In this document: positions 13,219 to 24,729 of the stretch, piece after piece
Position numbering within the stretch: position 1 is the stretch's first letter
Layout: every line of letters begins with the position of its first letter
Source: Trichoplax adhaerens
Lineage: Eukaryota > Animalia > Placozoa
Direction: 5' to 3'
Assembly (NCBI RefSeq): GCF_000150275.1
Contig: NW_002060964.1
Location: 363,643 to 427,642, forward strand
Length of the DNA: 64,000 bases
Notes under the pieces: model-generated
Seen by the model: only the letters and a program-made list of their open reading frames with translations
What the model was told of the DNA's origin: nothing
The model's database searches: none
Program-made: the position numbers and the translations under genes

Positions 13219-16200
13219 TTATTGTTGTTGGTTCTGACATTCTTGAGGATTTTTCGGGGGCGCCTGCAATGTACGAGTAAGGTTAGTCAAGAACATTAAA
13301 CAAAAAATAACGTTGTTTCTTCAACTTGCAATGATATAATAGGAATTACCGATGGATCTGCGTCAGAATCTTCATCTTCAGCATCCTGAATATATACCAA
13401 TAAAGAAGTAATCAATTATGTTAGACTGAATGTACTACAACCGTACATATAGTAATTCAAGATAACAAGCTTTAGAGGTTAACGTATCCCTACTATAAGT
13501 TATGAATTTTATGTCAACGATAAAATATAAACAAGTTAACGATGATTGAAACAAATATAAACCTCTTCCTCTTCTTCGCTTTCGTCATCATACTGAAAAA
13601 GGAAAAGCGACTTATTATCCAGATAAACCTTCAAAATCTATTATGTAAGAATACCTCATCTTCAACGGCTTCACCAGTAAAAAATAACACGGCCTAAGAA
13701 GAGATTTTAAAATATAAATTTTAATGCTTAACGACAAGTTGAAAAGAAAACTTTAAACTCCCTTACCCTTGGGATTAGCCTATTTCTGAAGAAATGCCCT
13801 AATTCGAAATCGATTTCCATCTGTTCTTCAGCATCCTCTTCCTAAAAGTGATTGATCATGCTACGATCAGATAACGAGCCAAACATAAATTAGGTTTCTA
13901 ACCGTAAAGTACAACTCACCAAATCTTCATCATCTGCGGAATCTGTTTAGAAGAAAAATGCCAATAAGATGTTAAAAATAAACAGGAGAATATAAGGTAA
14001 TAAAACATCCAAAGTTTTCATAGTAACAGACATACATGGTTGTTGGTTGAAAAAATTAAAGAAAGAATCGCTCTTCACAGTTTGTGTAACCGTACGTGTT
14101 GATCCTTTGCCTAATATGCATATAGTAATAGTAATGTATTTTCGAATTCATATGTTATTATTACATAACCAAGATAACTGTCCGTCATTGTACGTAGTTG
14201 GCAATCTATTTTAACCTTTATGTCTTTGTTTCTTCTTAATAGTCTTCTGCGTAACATTTTTACCTCTTTTCCAATCGATTTTTGATCTAAAATTTGTCAT
14301 TTAAAATAAGTATAAAAAGGAAAAAGGTCGATCATGAAGTCAACAATAGATCCATTTACAGCAATAGGCCATGGTTAATAGAAAATTAAATTTTACCCTT
14401 TCGAATAGACGATTTCCGGGCCATCATAAGAAAATGGATCATCTTTCTTAGGATCAAATCGCAACAAGTACTGTTTCGTAAGAGTCTACGGGGGAATTCA
14501 CCGTAGTAATAACAATTCAGTTACAAATAAATGATAAAGTTGAATGAGTAGATTTATTAAAACTATCGTCAAAGTAAATTAAAATTTCAAATTACCGTAT
14601 TACTGAAGAATTCATTTGGCTTGAAGACAAATTCCAAATTGAAACCCTATTTATAATCATAACATCGATATTGTATCTCACACTCTATGCTCTATGTAGT
14701 ATGACAGAAATAGTCTAGATAGACAAAAGAATTATAGCATACCGGTTGTTCACCAGAAGTATATGATACGTGTACATCTGTCAGTTGTTTTAGAATAGGT
14801 TCGTCATCAGCCTAACAAAGAATTACCATCAGTAAGCAGATTGAAATAACTAAATTTGCGTTTTATACTTAACGTTATAAAACAAGAAATATATTACACA
14901 TGAATGAATGGAAGTATGCACTCATACAAAGGTGAAAACAACGTAAGCCAATGAATAAAAATAATTCAAACTTCATATACACCTGAATCATTGAGCTAAG
15001 CAAGTCGGTATTTTTCATAGCATTTAACCAAAAGTTGGAAATGCCTCGGCCTAATAGAAACCGCATTAGAAAGCAAAATTATTTTGCACAGAATAACATC
15101 TTCTCGATTTTAATCGCTAATCCTCCTTACTATCTTGCTCGGCATCTTTTTCGTCATCATCTGCTAATTTAGCTTTCGACTTTAAATTCTCCTAAAGCGA
15201 AATGAATTGCAAATGTTACCTTTAAGAAATCCAACATTCGTCGACTTGACTACAGATAAAAAAAACAATATATTCGCAATTGCATACGGAAATATCATCT
15301 TCATCTTCCTCCCATTCACATTCCTCATCGGTGGGTTCAACAGATCCATTCACAATATCTTTTCGCTGACATTATAATAAACCGTAGATTAGATAGAATG
15401 ATTTTAATAGAAATGATAATGGATCTCTTTCTAACCTTAGCAGTAATCTTGTTAAATTCTGCCATAAATTCACATTCTAAACGATGTACACGTTCATAAA
15501 AATTTCCTTCCAGTTCCAAGTATTGTAACTAGATTAGGAATTTGATTTACAGGGTTAACAGTTATATTTTAAGAAATTGCAATAGTAAGAAAATTGAGTA
15601 TTGTACATTGAGCATTTTAAGACGTCATTCATTTATTGTGCATAGGCTACCTGCAATTTCTTCAAGGCTTTGATACGTCTCTTAACAGGTGCTGGCAAAC
15701 TGAAGTAATTTAACATTGACATGTATTATTATTGGTATTTGTGGTATCAAGGTAGGATGATGATATGGACATACAAACAATAAATACAGGCAAAGTACCT
15801 ATTATAGTCAAATTGATCATCGGCTTCGAGTACAATTGCGTCATCGTTGAAATTTCCCTATTGCCGCAAAATAAATAATCTTTTTATTATTACTAAAAAC
15901 AAAATGCGATCTGATATCTTCGTGATATTAACACGTTTTAGTGTAAACTACACTACCCAACGGCTTTGTCAATAAGTGGGTTGAATTTTTTATTTCGAAT
16001 GATCGATATGACTTACTTGGAACGCCTCTAGAACTCTAGGATCGTTGAACAATTTTGGATCTATGTACAGAATCCACGATTTCAGATGTGTATATCTTAA
16101 GGCTATTGCTATTAATCTCTATATTTAATTTACGCGAGCACTACAAATAAATCCCACCACATCGTGGGAACCTTGAGAGCAAATCTATTGATTGGATCGA

Positions 16201-16676
16201 GTAAAGTACGCCCAATGGGCGTAGTTGAATCATCGATCGTAATTAAAAGTAAATTGATATAACACTCTAGTATCCTTGCTGCTCAACTTACCAAAGGTAA
16301 AGGTAGGCTTTCCTTTTCCGTCATCATTTCTAAACGTAATAGTAGAATACTGTTAATATGTAAGCAGCTTCATTCACGGTGGATTTAGAAGGAAATGTAA
16401 CTGATGAAGTTAGATGTAACATCAACAAGAGGTAGAGTTGAGACTATTCTATGTAAATTGTGAGGATAGTCTTGGAATAAGTATTACTACAGGCTATACA
16501 GTCGAATAAAAATTGTCGTGGTTATGTAGTAATCATTGACTCGATATTTTAATCAATATAACGCCAATGAGTACTGCAATGACCGGTAGTTGTCGTAATA
16601 ATAATTGACCTCATCTTCAATATAATCTATAAAACGCCAAATTGTCTAGTACTTACGAGTCGTCACGATCTGCCAT
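13219..16676 (-). CDS. NAP1: Nucleosome assembly protein 1 (NAP1L1/4 family), many short exons
   Basis: Spliced peptides include MADRDDS, LPAPVKRRIKALKKLQ, RKDIVNGSVEPTDEECEW, GISNFWLNAMKN, DDEPILKQLTDV, FVFKPNEFFSNT, DPFSYDGPEI, IDWKRGKNVT, DSFFNFF, DFELGHFFRNRLIPRAVLFFTGEA, then an acidic tail ending NPQECQNQQQ*. Confidence 0.96.
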
Positions 16677-17380
16677 TATGCTTTCGTTTTCCTAAAAGTA
16701 ACCTATGATAAGATCAATAAATAGGCGTTGAATATTTTCTACGTCAGCATGTGCATCACGAGTTAATTATGACTGATATTGTTGATTCAACAATACAACA
16801 CTGCATGATTATGAATTTGTAAAACGTTGTAAATTCATTTATTTTCTTCTTCACAAGTCTATTGATTCAACAACAGCGAAGAATAGTTTCACGCTATTCA
16901 TGCAGACTATTCTGATACGCTCAATCAGTTCCGGAATTGGGGTTGAAAATTAGCAAAATTCATGACTTGGACTTGATTCGGTTGCGATATCCTTTGCTCT
17001 GAGTAAAACACTTACTGGGTGAATTTTCTCAACGGTAAAGCCTCCGGCTATACGCCTTGAAAGCACCCTTTAAAAGGTGCAATAGGTGATGAATTAATTA
17101 CCAATTTATCAGAGGTGTGTGATGGCGTAAAATTGTTCTGGAGTTGACGTCATGATAAGCGCTCTGGCGCTGCCTGAATATGGCTAGAGCTTTCTTGGAC
17201 CAGTTAGTTCGGTGCCTCATGATTGCGATGGGATTGCAGCAGATGCACCATATATAGTGTAGTTTGAATACTGTTGACGGAATGTATGAGAAGTCAAAGC
17301 TATAGTCAAGAACCATCGCGGTACAGTATGTTCTAATGTAGGGCAGATGGATGCTACTGCACTGTCTGTACAAGCTTGGC

Positions 17381-17740
17381 AGTCAAAATCATATACTGGA
17401 CATAGAGCTGGTTATGATTGAGAACTAGGCGGTTGCAGGCAGTCAAATTCATATACTGGACATAGAGCTGGTTATGATTGAGAACTAGGCGGTTGCAGGC
17501 AGTCAAATTTATATACTGGACATAGAGCTGGTTATGATTGAGAACTAGGCGGTTGCAGGCAGTCAAATTCATATACTGGACATAGAGCTGGTTATGATTG
17601 AGAACTAGGCGGTTGCAGGCAGTCAAATTTATATACTGGACATAGAGCTGGTTATGATTGAGAACTAGGCGGTTGCAGGCAGTAAAATTCATATACTGGA
17701 CGTACACCTGCTTATGATTGAGAACTAGGCGGTTGCAGGC
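17381..17740. repeat. 60-bp tandem repeat, 6 near-identical copies
   Basis: Unit catagagctggttatgattgagaactaggcggttgcaggcagtcaaattcatatactgga repeats in register on successive 60-nt lines, with alternating ttc/ttt variants. Confidence 0.97.
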
Positions 17741-19426
17741 ATCAAGGGGAATTGGTTGAATCGGCTAAGCTTGTGATTGACTTTGGCAAAGGGATTTCAG
17801 ATTGAACTCTGGCAGATCATGATTTCCCCTCTACAGTATTGTAGGTGTACGCTATGGCGAAGAATGTGTAAAATTGTCCAATCCATCAAAGCAATAAGCT
17901 ATCTGTTGATGTAGGAGGCAAGTTTGATCCCATTTTGGTTGTCTACAATCAAGCAAATTGGGCAATGAGCAAATTGAATGACGTACTCTCTTCTCTGATA
18001 GAGAGTCTTGACCGCAGTACTGTGGGCACTCGATGGTGGATACCCTCCCAACAGGATGGATGCAGATGTCATATAGCCAGTTGAAAATTATTTTCTCGTC
18101 AAGCGATCAAAGGAGACTACACCATTTCTTTGCTTGTCTTGGTAAACATGCAATGGAAAAATGGCTGCATAGTCTTTCAAGTTATTTTGTAGAATGTCCT
18201 GCAAAATTGATGATTGTATGATCGCCGCTACAACCATTTTGCAATATTACGCGTATGATGTGCACACTCAATTTCTTGTGCTGCCGTACCCATTCAAAGT
18301 ACGCTGATGATCCAGTAGGTAGGAGAGCAATTGCGGCAAAGAGTTCAATTCAAATCAATAGACTCCATGTCCTTTAGATCCTATTCAATGCTTGATGGTT
18401 GAGATAGTATGATGAATCCAGTAAGCAAGGAGAATGGACCATGATGAAAAAGACTTTTCCCATTCAATGATGATCGCGCTACTCGAATGTGAATGTATCC
18501 CAAAGGCGTGCGTTTGAATCTACTGAGCCATAGCCTATCTGCCCTAATCTTCAGTCATGGAAGCAAGTATTTAAGTTGTTTCTGTGGGGTCTGAAGGCTA
18601 TTTTCTGCCTCCTAAACAAATCAATGGATCCTTTTTAATGAAGTGGAGACTGTATGCCATGGATCCCCCACTTTGCATACAACATTTTGCTTTTTACAAG
18701 AGATGAAGACGACCGATTGCAACGCTTTATAATATTCAACGACAGCATAGATTGAGCCCTACAATCAATCTCTATCGTCAAGTTTTCCCCCTTCTTCATT
18801 TTCTTACCTTTCTATCATTATCAATAGCCTAAATGAACAGCAAACTTACTTTTGGCGATGGCAATGGCTGCAAGTTGGTGAGGATTGCTTGGAGCTACGA
18901 TGGCAAAGGATTGCGATAGGACTGCCTAACTTGCCAGTATGGTAGTCAACGCCAACTTGGACTCAACAACTTGGTATGCGCATGCCGATGTTGACCTTGG
19001 CCAACGGCCTACTGGATGTTGTCACTGACAAGACCTGTCACCTTGTAGCGTCAAGGCGATAGCGTCACTTGGGTCAGTCTCAATCGTCTTTGGCGTCACT
19101 CGTTTGGTGCAGTATTCTCGATGGCCAGCGCATTGTGGCGTGGTGGTGGTGTGTCACTGGTGTGTGGTGTGAAGCACATACGTCCAGTCACACTGGCCGT
19201 AGTCGTGTAGGGTAGAGTCATTGACGCTTTCCCGCCATTTCTCCTCAAGCGTGATCGACACTCCTACAGCTACAGTACCTGCCGTGGCCGATCAAAGTTG
19301 ATACTGGAAGTGGTGTACAGTACAGTACTTTTGTCTCATGATAGTCATACTGTGCACTGTAGACTGTACAGTAGACTACAAGAAGATCTTCTACAGTACA
19401 GTATGACGGTAGTCTGCTTTTCACCG

Positions 19427-19454
19427 TAACGCTAACGCTAACCCTAACCCTAAC
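19427..19454. repeat. Short interstitial telomere-like tract (TAACGC)2(TAACCC)2TAAC
   Basis: Sequence taacgctaacgctaaccctaaccctaac; the complement gives TTAGGG units and TTAGCG variants. Confidence 0.6.
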
Positions 19455-19539
19455 ATTAGTGTGCAGTACTGTACTGTACTGTACTGTAGAGACCCTCTAT
19501 GAGGTATGTACAGTACACAGTAGTGTACTGTACCTTTAC

Positions 19540-20125
19540 AACCAGGATTTCAGACGGAGATTTGCGCAAACTCAGCCAATTGCAGATCCAGCTTTTGGTA
19601 CATGCTATTTTTACCGTCACCGTCTGAGCCTTCTGGGCCACCGTAGTTAAGTGCTGTACTATGCCGTCAAAACAGAATTTCAGACGGAGATGTGCGCAAA
19701 CTCAGCCAATTGCAGATCAAGCTTGCTTGAAAAGAGAGCGTTCCCCAATTCTCTTACAGTACAGTATTATACAGTACAGTGCACAGTGTACAGTGTACAG
19801 CACTGTACTGTTCAGCAGAGGGATTCCATCACTGTGAAGTACAGTAGAGTACAGTTCAGTCAGGTCTAAAGTCTGTTCTCTACTATGTCGTAAAAGCAGA
19901 ATTGCACACGAAGATTTGCCCAAACTCTGCCAATTGGAAGATCAAGCTTGGCTGANAAGAGAGCGTCGAAAAATTCTCTTACTGTACAGTACAGTATGTC
20001 AAAATTCCATCACTGTTAAGTGAAGTGCTGTACTATGCCGTCAAAATAGAATTTCACACAGAGATTTGCGCAAACTCAGCCAATTGCAGATCAAACTTGA
20101 CTGAGAAGAGACCGTCGCAAAATTG
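19540..20125. repeat. Degenerate tandem repeat, 4 copies, interspersed with CAGTA/CTGTA stacks
   Basis: The core 'gaatttcagacggagatttgcgcaaactcagccaattgcagatcaagctt' occurs near 19545, 19675, 19899 and 20049. Confidence 0.88.
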
Positions 20126-20239
20126 TCGACAGCACACTACAGTACTGTACAGTGTACAGTACTGTAGTCCCTGATTGGACTGTACTCTACAATACTACTG
20201 TACTGTAGAAGGATTGCAGCGCCGTTCTTCCAGGCGTTC

Positions 20240-20430
20240 GTTGATGGCTATGGACAACAAGTGTCCAATGTTGGCTAGATTAGCTCGGATATGTTTGCTA
20301 TGTCAGTGACTTGCAAAGTAGTAGTACCATACAAATGCTGATCACTATTGCACAGTATACTGTGCTGATCGACTCAGCCGACAGCGCAAACGTACATCGC
20401 AACCAGGCATTTCTGCAGACAATTTCTTGA
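20240..20430 (+). mobile_element. Possible decayed hAT transposase C-terminal dimerisation-domain remnant
   Basis: Reads NKCPMLARLAR then, after a frameshift, DMFAMSVT. This resembles the hAT consensus kyPxLarLArdylaipaTS. Downstream fragments DRLS...AFL are weakly consistent. Confidence 0.3.
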
Positions 20431-23400
20431 ATACACTGTCCACTACAGGAATGAGTCATTGGCTAGAGGTATCTTGCACGGAAGGACCGATCACGCCCAT
20501 ACAGTTCATTAATTCTATGATCCACGCCTACCTTGGATCAATCACGCGTATCAAGGCCATCGACAGTGTACAGTATAGCGAATAAGAGATGCAGATCTAG
20601 CCAATGGCCCATCGAGTTGTATTGCGCAAGCTCACCTTCATCTGCAAAAGGAATTCAAGCAGCGTCGCCACCTTTTTCTGACGTCATCGTGTCCCCTACT
20701 GTACAGTGTGCAGTACTGTATTCCACAGTAGTTTGCATTGTATCTGCTGTGTACTGCAGCGTCTTTTCTTCAGCTGACTACAGTAGTCCACTGTCCTGTA
20801 CAGTGTCTAGTACAGTAGGACTGGACACTACTGCACTGTAGGATTTCTTCTTTTTTTTTTTTTCTTCTCCTCTTTTTTTTTTTTCCCCTACAGCTTGGCG
20901 ATCGCTTTTGTCTCTTGTCGGGCATTTTCTCAACTTGTTCTCTTTTCTACCTTGGTTGAACAGTATGCAATATGTCAGTCATAGCGTACACTATCCAATA
21001 GTAAGAGTCGGTGACTGCATTGACAAGACTGTATTAATTAGTTTAATAGACAGCAAGAAGGACAAGCTTGACAAAGGTTAATTCAACCTGATCAAATAAG
21101 AACGCAATTCAACAACAACGGTATACAAAAGAAAGTTTTCATCTTTTCAATTTTTCCGATATCCTCCAACTTTCATGTCCGCTCATCCACAGGTAAAACC
21201 CACTTGTTGCACCCAATGCCAATTTGAATTCCATCATCCTCCCCCCATTGCCACTTGACTATTTCTCTTTTTGCTCTATTTGTCAATGCGCTCGCGCTTT
21301 TATGGGTCGCAACTTGAAAGCTAAAATCGCCACATAAACATCATCATACCAAGCATGATGGTGTAATCTTTTTTTCCACTTGTTGAGCAATCCGTTTCAA
21401 CCATGGATCGCCTCTAAATAATTATCCATTTCAAATCCATAGTCTAAACCAAAGAGAAAGGATTCCACATCTCACTCTCTCTTTAACGTCGTTTCTTCAT
21501 TCTTTCACAGTATTTTTCCTACCCGGTGAGTGCAACGCGTCACTTTTTTTTTTTCCTCTTGCTATTCAGTCGGACACTGTCTTTTCAAAGTCTATCGACA
21601 TATTGTACATTTGCTGTCATGTCCAACGTCATAGCAGGGTAGACTCGACGTTTCGCTTCTTCTTCCTCTTCATCATCTCTTTCCTTCTCATGGCGTTTTA
21701 TACCATCAACATTGCACAAGGGTTGGCGGTGGGATACTGTAATGGGGCCATACAGCGACAGCCGCATATCCTTTCGCCTGATCCGTTCCCATCGTATTTG
21801 GCTATTTGTACAGTAGAATTCATCATTGCTTACAAACTACGACATCTATCCATTTCTTTTGCACCTATTCCATTCGTACAAGCAGTAGTCGATCTTCAAT
21901 GGCTACCCATTTCTTTGACTGCTTTCAATGTTGCCCATGGCCATAGGTCAAGTCGTATTTCAATTACATACAAAGTGTCATGAAATTGGAATATCTATCA
22001 GAGCTGGCTTTCAGCATGTGGTATATTTTCAATTTTATGATGATGCGCCAATGGAAGGATTAACCTTCCATCGATATCATAGTCTATTTTCTTTGCCTTT
22101 TATCCCCTCATTTGTGATCAAATGGATTTTCGTTCTGATTTTTGCCTTGCCTTGTTGATACAGTCGTTGGTGTTGCAAGTCTAGAGAAACCTGTTCTACA
22201 ATGGCTTCAAGCTTGACCATATTCTTTGTCTTTACTCATTTTTTTTTTTTTTTTTTTTTTCAATCTTTTCTCACTGTTTTGAACTGCGGTAGTCCTATCT
22301 GTCCCCTGATAGGACCTAATAATTCGCTCTATACTATACGTGTATAACGTTGTCTTCGATCAGCAAAAGTAAAAGTTGAGTCTCGACGTTGATTCATTGA
22401 TCGCCTTCATTTCACTTGATAACGGACAATATAATATCCACATTGGTTGTACACAACCGATTGAAAATACAATTACCCTTGGATACCTTTTCCCTATGCA
22501 TAAGATGGCCAACTCGCTCGCTTGCCATCATGGCTTGAAATTGAATAACCATTGACTTGGATCCTGCTCGATACAATTTCAATAGAAACGATTCTACTTT
22601 CACGTCCTACCCGTCACACCTGTAGAGAGATACTCATAACGGCCACGCTTTAACATTAGGCTAATTTGCCGTAATAACGTGACTGAAAATTCATGCAATC
22701 GAGTTCCTCTCCATCATCCACAATCACAGCATTGCCAACGAAAGAGCTCTACCCTACTTGATTGTTGATAAGACGTTTTCATTGAAGAGAATAGTAACAC
22801 TAATTTCTCATGGACCTGCTACATCAATCTTCAGTCATGTATGACTGGTCTTTATTTGATTTAAGATAATGGAGTCATTTTCTACGTAATGTAAATGTTA
22901 AACCGTTAGACAACAGCCAGTCGTATTGTTGCCAAGTGGCTATTGCCTACAGTAACCGACTATTTTCATGGACATTTTTGAAATTTGGCGACAAAAATAC
23001 ACCGTCAGGATGGCAAGTAAACCATTCCTTGACCACCTGATTTAGCCCTCAAATTTCAATTCCACTTGTATCCAACTTAGCCAAGATAGCCTTCTATCCA
23101 TGTTGATGATTTAAATGGATACTAGTACTCCGATACTTATTCAGTTGAACATTTTTTACAACATTAACTTAATTATTTTACTGCCATCTACTAACTTGAG
23201 TTATTATTTGTATGCGGTCATTGTTATTATTGATTATAGTAAGAGAACAAATAACAAAGAAAAGTCAACAAGTTTTCATCATTCCGTTAACATGGCGACG
23301 ACCAACAAGTGATTTCTCTCAACTTGCACATTACTATCCATTGAAAAGTTCCACTTCAATTTTCCTGCATTTTATGAAAGTATTTTCCAACTAGTCCAGT

Positions 23401-24729
23401 TTGGTAACGGATCGCTGATTTGATATCATTTTTTTCATCGCGGCAACAACGACAACTCAGCAAATTGCATTATAATTGGTAAGACTTTTAAATTGACAAT
23501 ATTCGACCGATTACTATTCTAGACTATCGGAGGATAACCTACGTCTACCGTATGTATATATAAGCTTGCGGTAGTCTCCTATGCGGCCATTAAATTACAA
23601 ATGCTGCTTGATATTTTTTTCTTACTGTTAGTTCAAACTGTTCCACTTATCATCTCTTTGCTTGATGATCATAAAAGCTATGATGATCGTTAACAGTACA
23701 TCAAATAAATTCATCATTTTCTTCGTTATTTCCGTAATCAATTGATATTTCTCATTTTTCCCTGAATATTGGCTGTTACATGATAACGTACAGTAGTACT
23801 ATACGTATATTAGAGAACAAGAAACGCTTGCTTATTGGCCTGAATTGTTGGAGTGATCTCAAAATAAGAAATACTTCTTAATGTATTAGCGAATGAAGAA
23901 CTGTTATGCCATTGCTGAATCGCTATTTGTCATGTAACTAACCAATGGAACATGATACAAACAGAACGGTAGTTGGATTACACCCTTAGTATAATCCTAA
24001 TTCTTCTTATGAAAAACGTATTGTACACTTTCTAAACTGGCGTAACTGCTATTTTCTCTCGTAATGATTGCAATTCTGTTAGTACAGTAGTCATTGAAGG
24101 TGCTATAGCATAAGCACGCATAGGAATGTAACCTACTTCGATAAAAAGACTTGGTTTGCTTAAATTGAAATAATTATTTATATTATTAATCTTTCTTCAT
24201 CTCATGACGCCGTAGACAGTATGCCGCAATAGCTAGTACATATTGGATCTTGAACACTATTGTATTCTACGTCACTAAAAGGCCAAAACCCTTTTTTCAT
24301 CGTACTTCAGGAATACCCATGAATATTTAATTATCATAATTGAATTACATCACTTTCGTATAATATAACTTTATAGATTTAATCCTCAAAGTGTTACAAT
24401 GCAGGCATATTTTTGCATCTATTGATGGAGCAGTGATTTCTTCCTGTTGCCTTTGTGAATATTTCCGTTAGATTAAAATCCAATTCAAAAAGTTGAAACA
24501 TTGCCTTTTACACTTCGTACCAACTTGTAAAACACATCACATTTTTAGACCAAATGATATTATTAACTGTAAATCCTTTTCCTCAATTAACTTTATCCAT
24601 CGGCAGGACTCAGACATCAATTTGATCCAGTGAAGGATCCAGTTGTGATAGTGGATATATTCTAGTGGATAATCTACAAAGAATATACTGGTTTATCATT
24701 GAAAGCTGTTAATATCCACAATTGGTATA

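Noticed and set aside
17381-17740. CRISPR-like appearance of regular repeats (also 42040-43258)
   Set aside because: Head-to-tail repeats with no unique spacers, no cas genes and a eukaryotic intron-rich context.
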